Source: Planktothrix sp. GU0601_MAG3 | Lineage (GTDB): Bacteria > Cyanobacteriota > Cyanobacteriia > Cyanobacteriales > Microcoleaceae | Length of the DNA stretch: 64,000 nt | Reading direction: 5' to 3' | NCBI GenBank assembly: GCA_035193785.1 | Contig: CP136572.1 | Location: 2,708,578 to 2,772,577, forward strand | In this document: piece by piece, positions 1 through 11,733 of the stretch | Layout of the letters: every line of letters begins with the position of its first letter | Numbering within the stretch: the first letter of the stretch is position 1 | The notes under the pieces: generated by a model | What the model was told of the DNA's origin: nothing | Seen by the model: only the letters and a program-made list of their open reading frames with translations | Databases searched by the model: none | Program-made: the position numbers and the translations under genes

Positions 1-490
1 AACAATTCCTAAAACCAATTCAATCACATTACCTAAAATTGAACCGATAAAAACACCAATACTAGCCTTAAAAGCCGGCTTGATTCGCTCCGTTAATTTA
101 ACATCCCGTTGATAGAAAAATTCCCCAATAAAAGCTCCCAAAATCGGCCCAATTAAAACCCCTAATAACGGCCCTCCAAAGGGTAAAGCGGGTAAAAGTC
201 CAAATAATCCCACAATCAGTCCAATAATTGCTCCCAACTGCGCCCATTTACTCGCCCCAAACTGTTGCAATCCAAAAATTGTCGCTAAATAGACAATCAC
301 CATACTCACAATTAAAATTGAAATTACCACAATCATCGAACCCACAATTCCCGTGAATTTTGTAGCAATTCCCCAAACTAAAATAGCTCCTAAAATTAAA
401 CTGGTTTCCGGGTAATAAGGGAACAACAATTCCAATAATCCCGACCATCATCAAAGCAATCACAATCCAATACAAAACCCAATAGTTCAT
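1..490 (-). CDS. DUF456-family membrane protein (runs off the window; apparent frameshift near 404-408)
   Basis: MNYWVLYWIVIALMMVGIIGIVVPLLPG N-terminus; after the shift a hydrophobic Gly-rich frame continues (GAIIGLIVGLFGLLPALPFGGPLLG). Confidence 0.7.
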
Positions 491-800
491 GAATTCAAGC
501 CCCAAGCGATTGCTTTCCAATTAATCTGCACGACTATACTTAATATTAACCCTCTTTTTTAACTATGGGGTATTTGAACCCAATTAAGCCCTTTCAACAA
601 ACGTCAAAAATATTTAATAATAAATAGCCACAAAGTCTGATTAATCAAGACAATGGCTATCTTTTGCTGTTAATAAATATTAAAATTTTTCATTCTTAAT
701 ATTTCCAACTTATCCAATAAAAATCAGAGATAATTTGACGGGAAAACTTGATGATTTTTTTAAAGATAGCAATGGTAGGGACTAATTATTACCATTTATT

Positions 801-843
801 ACTCCCCCTTACCTAGTAGGGAAGGGGGTTGGGGGGGTTAGGT
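801..843. repeat. REP-like hairpin repeat downstream of typA
   Basis: ACTCCCCCTTACCTAGTAGGGAAGGGGGTTGGGGGGGTTAGG, imperfect palindrome of a type common in cyanobacterial intergenic DNA. Confidence 0.5.
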
Positions 844-867
844 CACAAACGATATCTCAAGAAAAAG

Positions 868-2659
868 TTAACGTTTGACTAACTTCTTGCTGAGTTTCCG
901 CAGACGAATAGACTTAGGAGTAACTTCCACCAGTTCATCATGGCTAATATACTCTAAAGCCCGTTCCAAACTCATCTCCACAGGCGCTTGTAACTGCACC
1001 AGTTCATCCCCCGTGGCGGCCCGATGGTTGGTCAATTGTTTGGTTTTACAGACATTCAGTTCTAAATCTTGGGGACGGTTGTTTTCCCCCACAATCATGC
1101 CTCTGTATACCTTAGTCCCGGGGGTAATAAAGAACACCCCTCGGTCTTCCGCGTTTCTCATGGCATAGAAGGTACTCACCCCTTCCTCAAAGGAAATTAA
1201 CACCCCATTCCGACGGGCTTCAATATCCCCCGACAGGGCGCGATATTCCAGGAAACTATGGTTCATAATCCCTTCCCCGCGAGTCATCCGCATGAATTCC
1301 CCTCGGAACCCAATTAAACCCCGGGCAGGCACAACAAAATCCAATTGAGTCCGGCCATTACCCCCAACTAACATATCCTGCATTTCCGCCCGCCGTTGAC
1401 CTAAGCGTTCAATACAGCTACCTACGCCATCTTCGGGCACATCCAACACCAAATATTCAAAGGGTTCAAAGGGTTGGCCATTGATTTCGCGGTAAATCAC
1501 CTGGGGTTGGGAAACCTGGAATTCGTAGCCTTCCCGACGCATATTTTCAATTAAAATACCCAAGTGCAGTTCCCCCCGTCCCGACACCAAGAACTTATCG
1601 GGGGAGTCGGTTTCTTCCACCCGCAGGGCAACATTAGTTTCTAATTCTCGCATTAACCGATCACGAACTTGCCGAGAAGTAACAAAACTGCCTTCCTGTC
1701 CCGCAAAGGGGGAGTCATTCACCGAGAAGGTCATTTGTAAGGTCGGTTTCATCAACTTTAATTAAGGGTAAGGCTTGGGGGTCGTTGGGACAGGTAATGG
1801 TTTCCCCAATATTGGCATCACTAAACCCGGCCACCGCCACAATATTTCCCGCCGAGGCTTCTTGCAGGTCGATGCGTTTTAAGCCTTCAAACCCCATTAA
1901 TTTGGAGATTTTGCTCTTAACCATACTGCCATCTTCTTTGATTAAAACCGCCTGCTGTCCAGATTTAATTACACCATTATGGATTTTCCCAATCACAATT
2001 CGCCCGACATATTCAGAATAATCCAGGGTTGTGACCTGCATTTGCAGGGGTTTTTCCGGGTCTCCCACTGGGGGCGGAACATATTCCAGGATATACTCAA
2101 ACATCGGCTGCATATCGGGGCTTTCATCCTCTAGGGTGCGCTTGGCAAAGCCTCCTAAACCCGAAGCAAACAGATAGGGGAATTCGCATTGGTCATCATC
2201 GGCGCCGAGTTCTAAGAATAAATCTAAGACTTTATCCACGGCTGTGTGCGGTTCCGCTCGGTGACGGTCGATTTTATTAATCACCACAATTGGGCGCAGT
2301 CCTTTTTCCAGGGCTTTTTTCAGCACAAAACGGGTTTGAGGCATGGGCCCCTCGTTGGCATCGACGATTAAAATACAACCGTCCACCATCCCTAAAACCC
2401 GTTCCACTTCGCCCCCAAAGTCGGCGTGACCTGGGGTATCGATAATATTAATAACGGTCTCTTTATAGCGAACTGCGGTATTTTTAGATAGAATTGTGAT
2501 CCCACGTTCCCGTTCAATATCATTAGAGTCCATGACGCAATCTGGAACCTCTTCCCCTTCACGGAAAATGCCAGATTGTCTGAGAAGTGCGTCCACAAGG
2601 GTCGTTTTGCCGTGATCGACGTGGGCAATAATTGCTACGTTGCGAATGGGGAGAGACAT
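868..2659 (-). CDS. typA: Translational GTPase TypA/BipA (split by apparent +1 error near 1746-1750)
   Basis: [40 protein letters not shown] and C-terminal [14 protein letters not shown] across two overlapping ORFs. Confidence 0.97.
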
Positions 2660-2946
2660 AAGTTAGGTCTAGGTAACAGAATTTTTGGAAAATTGTCAAT
2701 ATTGTTCCAATCTATTAATAATTGTAACGCATCTGCGATCGCATGGGTAGTATTTTTGGGCAAAAAGCCACAAAATTTAGCCCGAACTCCTTATCAGGGG
2801 AACTCAACATTAGGAGTCGGTCAAAAAAATTAACGATCTTATTAACGACATAAATATTAAGTTTCTGGGAATTATTTTTAATTAAGATATAATAGTCATA
2901 AGTGAAATTTTAATCTATTTTACTCAATGAGTATCAATAAAAAAGT

Positions 2947-3958
2947 ATGAAAAAGCATCAATATTTAATTTATTTTAGCCTAATGTTAATGGGTTTATTT
3001 GTGATTGTAAGCTGTCAAGTATTGCAGCCAGAGTTAAAAACAGAAGCCGCATCTCCTACCCTGCGTCTGGGGTTTAATAATTGGCCAGGATGTGCCGTTT
3101 GGCAAATTGCCTCCGAGCAAGATATCTTTAAGAAAAACAATCTGGATGTTGACTTACAATTTTCTGATTATACCGCCGGATTAACTAACTTAGCATTGGG
3201 TCAATTAGATGCAAATTGCCAGACTTTATATGATACAATTTATATGATGGGGACGGATTCGCAAGTTGATCAAGTGATTGTGAATCTAACAGATTGGTCT
3301 ACGGGGGGGGATCAAATTGTTGTTGCTCCTGGGATTAAGAGTATTCGAGAATTGAAGGGGAAAAAAGTTGCTTTTGAATCGGGATCTGTTGCCAACTTTC
3401 TGCTTTTACTTGCCTTAGAAAAGTATGGGTTAAAGCTATCGGATATTCAAGCGGTTAATCAGGATTTAATTACTAATGTCGCACTTTTTATTGAGGAAGA
3501 TGTAGATGCTATCAGCACTTATATTCCTTTTGTTAAGGCAGCGATTAATCGTCCTGGAAGTCAAATTATATTAGCATCTAAGGATTTTCCTGGGGCTATT
3601 TCTGATCATCTAGTTGTGAATCGTAAATTTATGGAAACCCATCCTCTAGTCGTACAAGCTCTAGTCGATAGTTGGTTTGATACCGTTGAATTTATTCAGA
3701 AAAATCCAGATTTAGCTGATCAAATTATTGCTGATACTTCTGGGTTAACAGTTTCAAGACTTAAAAAAATATAAATCCCAAGTTTCAACAAAAGGACTAT
3801 CGGAAAATTTAACTGCTTTTGAAAGGGGAGAAACTTTTACCTCTTTACCCTATGCGGCTGAAAAAATTTATCAGTTTTTACAAAAGAATAAATTGCTGAA
3901 AAAATCCGTCAATATAGAACAAATTTTAGATCCTAGTTTTATTCGTAATCATAAGTAG
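2947..3958 (+). CDS. ABC-type solute-binding lipoprotein, NMT1/SsuA/THI5-like (apparent +1 error near 3751-3755)
   Basis: Lipoprotein-like signal (VIVSC), LGFNNWPG, GQLDANCQTL, ELKGKKVAFE motifs; shifted frame continues to TAG at 3956-3958. Confidence 0.8.
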
Positions 3959-4048
3959 TTGCACAAAATAAATTACCTAGTTGAGAGAGGGAACACCGGA
4001 TCTGGGAACAGGGAACAGGATTTGTAATTAATTTTGTTTAGGTACTTA
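3952..4048. mobile_element. MITE-like element with ~25-bp imperfect terminal inverted repeats
   Basis: TAAGTAGTTGCACAAAATAAATTAC ... GTAATTAATTTTGTTTAGGTACTTA; internal GGGAACA heptamers. Confidence 0.5.
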
Positions 4049-4081
4049 GCAAAAATTAGCGGAGTTTAAGGAGTATTCATT

Positions 4082-5687
4082 ATGAAAACAATCATTAATT
4101 TTTTCAAACAAGGTGAGTTACAATTTAAAATGATTAATGCCTTTATTCTAATGGGATTAATTACATTTTTTGTGGCTTTATTAGGATGGCAAACAACATT
4201 AAACTTAAGTAGTGAACTCAATGAAATTAGCGTAGTTAGATTACCTTCAATTGTAAGTTTAGCAAAGATTGATCAGGGATTGAGAAATATTGATGCTAAA
4301 CAATCCTGTCTTTTAAATAATTGTATAGGAGGTGAAAATAGGGACATTACCATTGCCCAAATCCAAGAAAACTTTAATTTAATTAAAACGGGTTTTTCGG
4401 AGTATGAAATATTGCCTCGAACGGAGAAAGAAGATCAATTATGGAGGCAATTTCTGTTAAGATGGCAACAATGGGAAAAACAGCAGAAAAATTTTATGAA
4501 TCTTTATGCTGAATTTCAAAAAGTTGGAATTGTATATCCCTATCAAACTCAAATTAAATTATGGAAAACAGGTCAACAAAATTCCCCTGAAATGAAAATA
4601 GCCAAGGAAGCATCTCTACTTTTAGCAAAATTAAATATTCAAGATCGCTCGATTAATCAACCCATTTTATACACCACATCTCAAAGTTTAGCCAAGGTGA
4701 TTCAAGAGAATCAAAATATAGCAGAATCATCTAAAAATCAAGCAGATAAAACTATTGAGAACAGCCAGAATTTTAGCGTTTTAGCCATGATATTTGGGCC
4801 AATAATTGCCCTGGGTTTAGGAATTATTTTAAGTATAGCGATCGCCCGTCCCATTAGTCAAAGTTTGAAAGGATTAGTTAATACCGTGGTTAATTCCTCC
4901 ACCGAAATAGCAGCAACGGTTGAAGAGCAGGAAAGAATTGTAGCTTTACAAGCCGCATCGGTGAATCAAACCACAACCACAATGGATGAATTAGGTCAGA
5001 CTTCTCGCCAAGCTACCCAACAAGCTGAAACCGCAGCCCAAATTGCTAAACAAGTCTTGAATCTATCTCGGGATGGGGCTAACGCCGTTTCTAAAACGAT
5101 GTCAGGGATGGTAACTTTAGAGCAAAAAGTGGGTGAAATTTCCCGCCAAATTACGACCCTGAATGAACAAGCCCAACAAATTAATAGTATTAGTAACTTA
5201 GTCAGTGATATTGCCAATCAAACCAATATGTTAGCTCTAAATGCTTCAATTGAAGCAGTTAGAGCCGGAGAGCATGGTTTAGGGTTTAATGTTGTGGCTT
5301 TAGAAATTCGTAAACTCGCCGACGAAACCCATAAATCTGCTCAAAAAATCAATCAATTAATTGATCAAATTGAAAAAGCACTTAAAGGTACAGTGATTGC
5401 GGCGGAAGATGGCAAACATACCGTCCAAAAAAATTTAAAAATCGCGGAAGAAACCACCGCAATTTTTAGCAAAGTTACCGTAGCAATCGATCAAGTTTCC
5501 CTGAGTTCCCAACAGATTTATCTAACTTCAAAACAACAGGTTTCTCGCCATTGAAGAAGTTATTTCCGCTATGAATTCTATTAATAATGGTGCGCAACAA
5601 ACAGTTATTGGAATTAGTCAAACTAAATCAGAAACCCAACAGTTAAAAAATGCAGCCCATCACCTAAAAATATTAGGAGTAGGTTAA
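4082..5687 (+). CDS. Methyl-accepting chemotaxis protein with four-helix-bundle sensor (apparent +1 error near 5540-5544)
   Basis: Two TM helices, RLPSIVSL sensor start, [37 protein letters not shown] hairpin tip. Confidence 0.92.
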
Positions 5688-5720
5688 TACCGGATTTTCA
5701 GATTAACCTAGGAAGCAAAA

Positions 5721-6999
5721 TTAAGGCTTAGGAACATCGTAATAGGCGGCAATTCCCTGAACTTGTAAATCATCCCGCAGGCGTTTAGCTCCGGCGGCAT
5801 CGGTTAAGGCACCTAGTTGAATTTTTTTACCCGTTTTGAACTCCGCAATATAAGCATCGGGAACCACTTCTTTCGCCTGTTCAAAGGAGCGTTCGCCACT
5901 ATAATCCAACACAACATAATAATATCCGTCCCCGGATTTCATCGGTTCCGTGGGTCTAGCTGGACTTGTAGCCATCGCCACCCGAGGAACCGCCCCGCCC
6001 CCGGGTTTAACCGTTGAGGTATTGGTTCCCTGTTTCAACACAGTCGCAGCAGGAGTTACAGGAGTTACAGCAGGAGTTACGGGTTTTTTGGGTAATAATT
6101 CCTGAGTCAGATTATTCAAACCGGGATCATTCGGGGATGTTAGGTTGTTTGAGGGTGCGGGTAAGGTTGTGGCCGGACTCGGGGGTAAGGTCGCCGGGAC
6201 AGCAGGGAGGGGAACCGGATTTTGATTCGGATTAATATGGCTGAGGGTATCCAAATCCAAGTTAACAAATTCCTTCGCCGCTAAATTGGGGGAGAGGGAA
6301 TCCGTCGGAGGGAGGGATGTTTCCGTCGTGGCTAGGGTTGGAGGATTGGCTGGAGCCGGGTTAGCCGTTGGGTTGGGAAAAAACCGATCCAAACCCAAGC
6401 TAGTACGACCGGAGGGAGACGAGATCACATAACTTAAGGCCGTACAGGATAACAAAAACAGAAACATTGAACCAATGCCCAGGGGCGTTAGGAGACTAGC
6501 CATCAAACTCCGGTTTTCCCGGGGGTCGGGGCGTCGTTCTTCTATACTTTTGATCAGGGCTTCCGTCGATTCTAAATATCCATCCGATGGAGTTGCAGTT
6601 GGGGCGGGTGACTTCAAGCTAAAACTGACCGCAGGTTCAGCCCCATTAGTTTTCGGGGGGGTTGTGGCTGACGGTGGAGAGGCAATGGCCAAAGGTGCGG
6701 ATTTTGCGGGAACTACGGTTTCCCAACCCGACGGTTGAGTTTGGGGTTTCAAACAGTTTTCCCTCCGATGCTGCGGTGTCATTCATGGACACAGTTACAA
6801 CATCGGTCGCCTGTTGAAACTGCGAGTTAGTTTGTCCGTTGGGGTCGGGTGTGGTTTGTTTCGTGCGTCGTCGGTGGCGCCGATAACGGGTTAGTTCTGA
6901 TTCCAGTTGCACATCCAAATAACCTAAAACCGCTTGGAGTTGGGGTTTTAATTCTGGCTGTGAGGGTTGGGGGGACTTGATATCAGATGCTTGACTCAT
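5721..6999 (-). CDS. Pro/Thr-rich membrane protein with C-terminal SPOR-like domain (apparent error near 6746-6750)
   Basis: LDVQLESELTRYRR N-terminus, one TM (TPLGIGSMFLFLLS), C-terminal YYYVVLDY..VPDAY..IQLGAL. Confidence 0.65.
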
Positions 7000-7116
7000 G
7001 GTTAAACTCCTAAGCACTGGTTATTAATTTTAAAAATAGGGATTTTTGAGTTTAAATCTTCAATATTAAATGTCAGTTTATCTATATTTTGATTCATTTT
7101 ACTAATTTGGTTAACA

Positions 7117-7692
7117 ATGCAATCCCTCCATCATATTTTAGGTCGCCTTCAATCTCAGATTCTTACCCCAGAACAGCAACAATTTCAAGATCTCTGTCAA
7201 TGTTGGTCTGAAATTGTGGGAACTGTAGTCAGTCGTCATAGTCGTCCGGTCACTTGGCATCGAGGGGTACTGAATGTTGCCACCTCTAGTGCTACCTGGT
7301 CTCAGGATTTAACCTTTAAACGGGTACAAATTATCCATAAATTGCATCAAAAACTCCCATTTCCGGTTCAGGATATCAAATTTTCCTCGGCGGGGTGGCG
7401 TCATCAACTCCCGGGAGATCAATCGGTTTCCCTCCCTTCTCCGACCGATGAGTTTTCCCAAATGTGGCGGGAACATCCCAGTCGGGTTGAGATGCCGATT
7501 CCAAAAACAGGGGGCGAGGTGCCCCGGCGTTCCTCCCTGACCCCGTTAACGGCCTTTGAAGGTTGGGCTAATCGTCTAAAAGAGCGATCGCAATCTTTTC
7601 CCTTGTGTCCCCAATGTCACTGTCCAACTCCCCCAGGGGAATTATCTCGTTGGTCGGTTTGTGGTTTTTGTTCAATTCAAATAGGAGAATGA
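7117..7692 (+). CDS. DUF721/DciA-family protein with C-terminal Zn-ribbon
   Basis: WSEIVG..HSRP..GVLNVATSSATWSQDL; CPQC..CGFC. Confidence 0.8.
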   Translation: MQSLHHILGRLQSQILTPEQQQFQDLCQCWSEIVGTVVSRHSRPVTWHRGVLNVATSSATWSQDLTFKRVQIIHKLHQKLPFPVQDIKFSSAGWRHQLPGDQSVSLPSPTDEFSQMWREHPSRVEMPIPKTGGEVPRRSSLTPLTAFEGWANRLKERSQSFPLCPQCHCPTPPGELSRWSVCGFCSIQIGE

Positions 7693-7698
7693 AGCCCC

Positions 7699-7726
7699 GT
7701 AAAGACGCGCTACAGCACGTCTTTAC
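7699..7726. repeat. Short REP-like palindrome between convergent genes
   Basis: GTAAAGACGCGC-TACA-GCACGTCTTTAC; related palindromes at 28927-28956 and 46885-46914. Confidence 0.6.
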
Positions 7727-7733
7727 AATAGAA

Positions 7734-8817
7734 TTAATTTCCTAAACAAATCCCCATACTTTGAGCCGTTTCTACTAAAATATCATCGGCATTAACGGCC
7801 CGATATTGAGCGATCGCATCGAGAATCGGAATACTCGATACCTTCCGATCTCGCCAAACCACGACCTGATCATATTTGTCCTCAGCAATCAAATCCACCG
7901 CCGCCACTCCAAAAGCAGAAGCAATAATTCGATCAATGGGCGCAGGAGTTCCCCCCCGTTGAATATGACCGAGAACAGTAACGCGAGTTTCTGCCCCACT
8001 GCGATCGCAAATTTCATCGGCCAGATATTGTCCAATGCCACCTAAACGAGCCTGTCCCATGCGATTAATCATCGTCACAGGTTCTCCCGTTTCTGTTTTA
8101 ACCGCCTCGGCCACCACCACTAAACAATAGTTTTTCCCTTGTTTTTGTCGTTCTACAATATGCTGACAAACGCTATCTAAACTGTAGGGAATTTCAGGAA
8201 TTAAAATAATATCTGCACCGCCCGCAATTCCCGCATGGAGGGCAATATGTCCCGCATCTCGGCCCATGACTTCTAAAATCATTACACGGCTATGACTAGC
8301 GGCGGTAAAGTGTAGCCGATCTAAAGCCTCAGTAGCGATATCCACGGCGGTACTAAACCCAATAGATAAATCCGTGCTACCCACGTCATTATCAATGGTT
8401 TTAGGAATCCCAATCAAATTAATATTTCCCTGTTGGGCAATGCGTCGCAAAATCGCTAAACTGCCATCCCCACCGATACCAATTAAGGCATTTAGCCCTA
8501 AGAGATGATAACCCTCAATAATCTCCTCGGATCGATCAAGCAAACTTCCATCCGGCATGGGAAAAGCGAAGGGATCACCCTTATTGGTGGTTCCCAAAAT
8601 TGTCCCCCCGGCGGTGAGAATATTATGGACTTTATCAATAGTTAGAGGGACACTGTTCACGGGACGACACATTAACCCTTGGGTGGCTTCTCGAATACCG
8701 AAAACTTCCCAACCCAAGGTTTCCTGCCGCCCGATAAACTACAGCCCGAATTGCTGCGTTTAAACCTGCACAGTCTCCCCCACTGGTTAAAATACCAATG
8801 CGTTTGTGTTCTACCAT
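7734..8817 (-). CDS. pfkA: ATP-dependent 6-phosphofructokinase (apparent error near 8719-8723)
   Basis: RIGILTSGGDCAGLNAAIRAVV, GGTILGT, GGDGS, PKTIDND, EVMGR, LGHIQRGG. Confidence 0.96.
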
Positions 8818-8946
8818 ATTTGGCGAATTCTGGATTTACAGATGCAAATTTAGATTACATCTGATTGGCAAATGATTGACAAATCTTTGCTCATCTTTAA
8901 TATTTTGAAACGGAGTCAGGAGAAAAAATCAGGGGAAAAAAGCCTC

Positions 8947-9502
8947 TCAATCTGCTGAAATCATGGCTTCAACGGGAATCTGGATATCTGGAAATGCTAG
9001 GGGTGTAACTTCACCTTCGGTTAAGGTGATTTTGGAGCCATATTCACTATCCCTGGGATCACGATAAATAATTAGTTCCCGGCGCTGTAGGTTAACTAAC
9101 CAATATTCGGAGATTCCTGCTTCGGCGTAGATCCGATATTTCACCGTTGAGTCTTTTTCTAAGCTGGAGTTGGAGTATTCGATAACCCAGAAAATATTCT
9201 CAGGATAGGGATGATGAGTGAGATATTCTCGCCCTAAACGTTCCACAATAGCGATATCAGGTTCGGGTTCGGAGTCGTTGGGGAGGGTAATGGGTTTGGC
9301 TGGGCTGACTAAAGCGCGATCGCCAAGTATCCGCATGAGATACTCGCCAGCAGTTTCGACTGTAGTAGGCGTGGGGTTCTCCTTCTGGGGACATTTGAAC
9401 AATTTCTCCATAAAGCAGTTCAACGGGGCGATCATCGAGTAGACCCATTTCGACAATGCGGTGATAGTCGTCTAGTTTCCATTTTGCGATCGATAGTGTC
9501 AT
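8947..9502 (-). CDS. Uma2/DUF820-family putative endonuclease (apparent error near 9353-9357)
   Basis: WKLDDYHRIVEMG..VELLYGEIVQMSPEG, EPEPDIAIV, KYRIYAEAGISEYWLVNL. Confidence 0.9.
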
Positions 9503-9533
9503 CTTCATCAACAATAGGAGTGGGTATTTTTAA

Positions 9534-9557
9534 GATAACTTATTAAGGTGCGATCGC
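9534..9557 (+). repeat. Left copy of 24-bp direct repeat ending in HIP1
   Basis: GATAACTTATTAAGGTGCGATCGC; 22/24 identical to 11734-11757. Confidence 0.7.
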
Positions 9558-9658
9558 TTGATTAAGCAACCTAACACCAATCGATAACTTTTTGCCTTTA
9601 AGTAAAACTTTTGTTCAATCCTCTACAACAAGATTATGATACTCGTCATACTTAGCTG

Positions 9659-10495
9659 TTAATTTTGATAGCCAATCAAAATAGGTTTGAAATCTAATAT
9701 TTTTTGCGATTTAACAACAAAACCAAGGTTGTTCGGTATCTTTGACAAGCTGATTGGAATCTGCTGGAGTGGGACATCTATTATCTTTATTTCTCCCTTT
9801 GCAATATGCTGTGGGCCAGCAAAAAGTGCGCCAAGCAAAATAATACGATTAACACCCATGTATGTATTTCCTCGGGCATCAGTGTAACCACCCTGATTAA
9901 AGACTAGCACTGGACTTCCACTTGAACCTGGAAAGCAAGCGCAATCAATGACAAATTGTGGAAGCCCATTGTAATTATATTTTGGGCTTGTTGCTGTAAT
10001 ACCTTTTCTGATGATTGGCATATTGTTTTCTTTATCCCAAATACCGTTGGGGTAGCCAACCATTGTTATGTCTTCTAAGCCGGATAGATCATTTAGCTGT
10101 TGTTTTGATGGAATATGACTTTCTTCAAGTGACGGGGTAAAAAATCGAATCTTATTTGCCTTGGCATGAAGCAAAAGCGGAGCAATTGCAAAAATAGCCA
10201 GATCAACGTCAGTTTCTGGGTGTTTTATCCATTTATTTTCAAAGTCATCGATCTCAATTTTCTCATAAGCTCCAATGATTGGTTGATTATTAGCATCTGC
10301 CTTTGTTAGCACAAAAGTACCTCTAACACTCCCATCTATGACGTGCTTATTGGTGACGATAACAGGGATATGCGTTTGATCATCAATTCGGAAGCTAAAG
10401 AAAAAGCCTGTGCCAGTAGACACGTCCCCGGATGCCAATAAACACTCAAGGCGCACTGTTGTGTGCATCAATTTTTCTGCATCTGTAAGCGACAT
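9659..10495 (-). CDS. Trypsin-like serine protease (no evident signal peptide)
   Basis: GTGFFF, VTNKHV (His), DVDLA (Asp), PGSSGSP (Ser) catalytic-triad motifs. Confidence 0.85.
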   Translation of the reverse strand: MSLTDAEKLMHTTVRLECLLASGDVSTGTGFFFSFRIDDQTHIPVIVTNKHVIDGSVRGTFVLTKADANNQPIIGAYEKIEIDDFENKWIKHPETDVDLAIFAIAPLLLHAKANKIRFFTPSLEESHIPSKQQLNDLSGLEDITMVGYPNGIWDKENNMPIIRKGITATSPKYNYNGLPQFVIDCACFPGSSGSPVLVFNQGGYTDARGNTYMGVNRIILLGALFAGPQHIAKGEIKIIDVPLQQIPISLSKIPNNLGFVVKSQKILDFKPILIGYQN

Positions 10496-10637
10496 CAAAC
10501 TTCCTTATATAGTTTACTAAGCATTAATCTGCAAATCTAAGATAAACACCTTATCTAATCTAAATTAACTCATATTTGGTGCATTATGCAAATTCTATTC
10601 CAGAAAACAATCCAAATTTTTCACTGTTTGCGATTTG

Positions 10638-10786
10638 CTATACAATAACATTCATGTTTTTTGTCTTTGTTGCTTGCAGTCATAATCTTCTTCATAATCT
10701 ATTGTCCCAAATAAAGCCAACACTTTCAATTGTTAACAACGTTGAATATATTCACGCGAGGATTCTTCTATCAAAAGATTTACTAT
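10638..10786 (-). pseudogene. Decayed VapB-like antitoxin plus 5-codon stub of a VapC/PIN toxin
   Basis: Minus frame IEESSREYIQRC*QLKVLALFGTIDYEEDYDCKQQRQKT* with internal stop, overlapping (ATGA) an MNVIV* stub. Confidence 0.6.
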
Positions 10787-10798
10787 TGGATAGTTAAG

Positions 10799-11296
10799 CT
10801 AAATTTCTGTATTGACTACTTTCTCTAAACGATTAATTGCACTTTTTGCCTCTTGAAGTAAATCATCCCAATTGTCAGGAGGGTGTCCGGTTTCAAGCAT
10901 TTTCTTGAAAACTCGATAAGCGTCTGTATTACTATCATAAGAACGCTTAGAATCATCATCATTAACCCAGGCAAATACAATAATTTTGCTCTCTTGATGA
11001 TATCTAAAAAACAGTCGGTACTGCTGAAAAAATTTAGCTCTAAACCAGTGTTTGTAATCATCTCCCAGGGTAGTACCTTGACGATAATCACGACGAGTTG
11101 GATCTTGAGGAATAATCTCAAATGCTAACTTTGCTATAGCAGCTAAACGCTTTGTGGCATTTTTCTTTTTGTAATCTTGAGGATATTTCCGACGTAAATC
11201 TTCAACCTGGGTTAGAAGTTCTTCAAACTGATTCAGAAACAGAGGGTGGGCAAATATATTCCACCCATTAATTACTAAGGGCTGATTTGCAGACAA
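10799..11296 (-). CDS. yhaV: Type II toxin YhaV family (RelE-like RNase)
   Basis: NGWNIFAHPLF, KNATKRLAAI, YRQGTTLG..HWFRAKFFQQYRLFFRY. Confidence 0.93.
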   Translation of the reverse strand: MSANQPLVINGWNIFAHPLFLNQFEELLTQVEDLRRKYPQDYKKKNATKRLAAIAKLAFEIIPQDPTRRDYRQGTTLGDDYKHWFRAKFFQQYRLFFRYHQESKIIVFAWVNDDDSKRSYDSNTDAYRVFKKMLETGHPPDNWDDLLQEAKSAINRLEKVVNTEI

Positions 11297-11298
11297 AA

Positions 11299-11631
11299 TT
11301 ATTCGTCCTCGTCCAAAAGGGGTGTATCCAAATCGAGATCAACATCAGAAACTAAGGACTGAACATGGCTGACTAAATCATAGCTAAGTGCTTTAATATG
11401 TTGAGGATTATTCTGAATATCTTGTGCTATAAAATTGAGAAATTGCCCCAGTATCGGATCATTTTCTGTCGGGTCAGCACGAGAAATAATGACCTGACCG
11501 TCAGACCCGATGGTGTAGCGGATTTTATCGCGCTTATTCAAACCAAGAGCTTTGCGAACAGGATCAGGAATTGTAGTCTGATAACGATCAGTTAGAGTAG
11601 ATTCTGAGCATGGAGCCAATTTTGCAGCCAT
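11299..11631 (-). CDS. prlF: Type II antitoxin PrlF/SohA family
   Basis: ESTLTDRYQTTIPDPVRKALGL..DKIRY AbrB fold; DPILGQFLNF; directly upstream of yhaV. Confidence 0.93.
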   Translation of the reverse strand: MAAKLAPCSESTLTDRYQTTIPDPVRKALGLNKRDKIRYTIGSDGQVIISRADPTENDPILGQFLNFIAQDIQNNPQHIKALSYDLVSHVQSLVSDVDLDLDTPLLDEDE

Positions 11632-11667
11632 AGCGACTTCTAAACCTATTGGTTAAACTCTATTTCC

Positions 11668-11696
11668 AAGGTAATGCAATTGCATTGTGTTGTCAA
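11668..11696 (-). promoter_or_regulatory. Sigma70-type promoter of prlF-yhaV with palindromic operator
   Basis: TTGACA-17 bp-TACCTT on minus strand; perfect palindrome AATGCAATTGCATT at 11673-11686. Confidence 0.65.
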
Positions 11697-11733
11697 GGGT
11701 GACATAATTGACTTAAAAACCGAACTAAATCTT

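Noticed and set aside
9565..9665. Integron attC site after the protease gene (AATTAAC ... GTTAGGT on the minus strand)
   Set aside because: The core boxes are not fully complementary, there is no convincing long hairpin, and there is no integrase.
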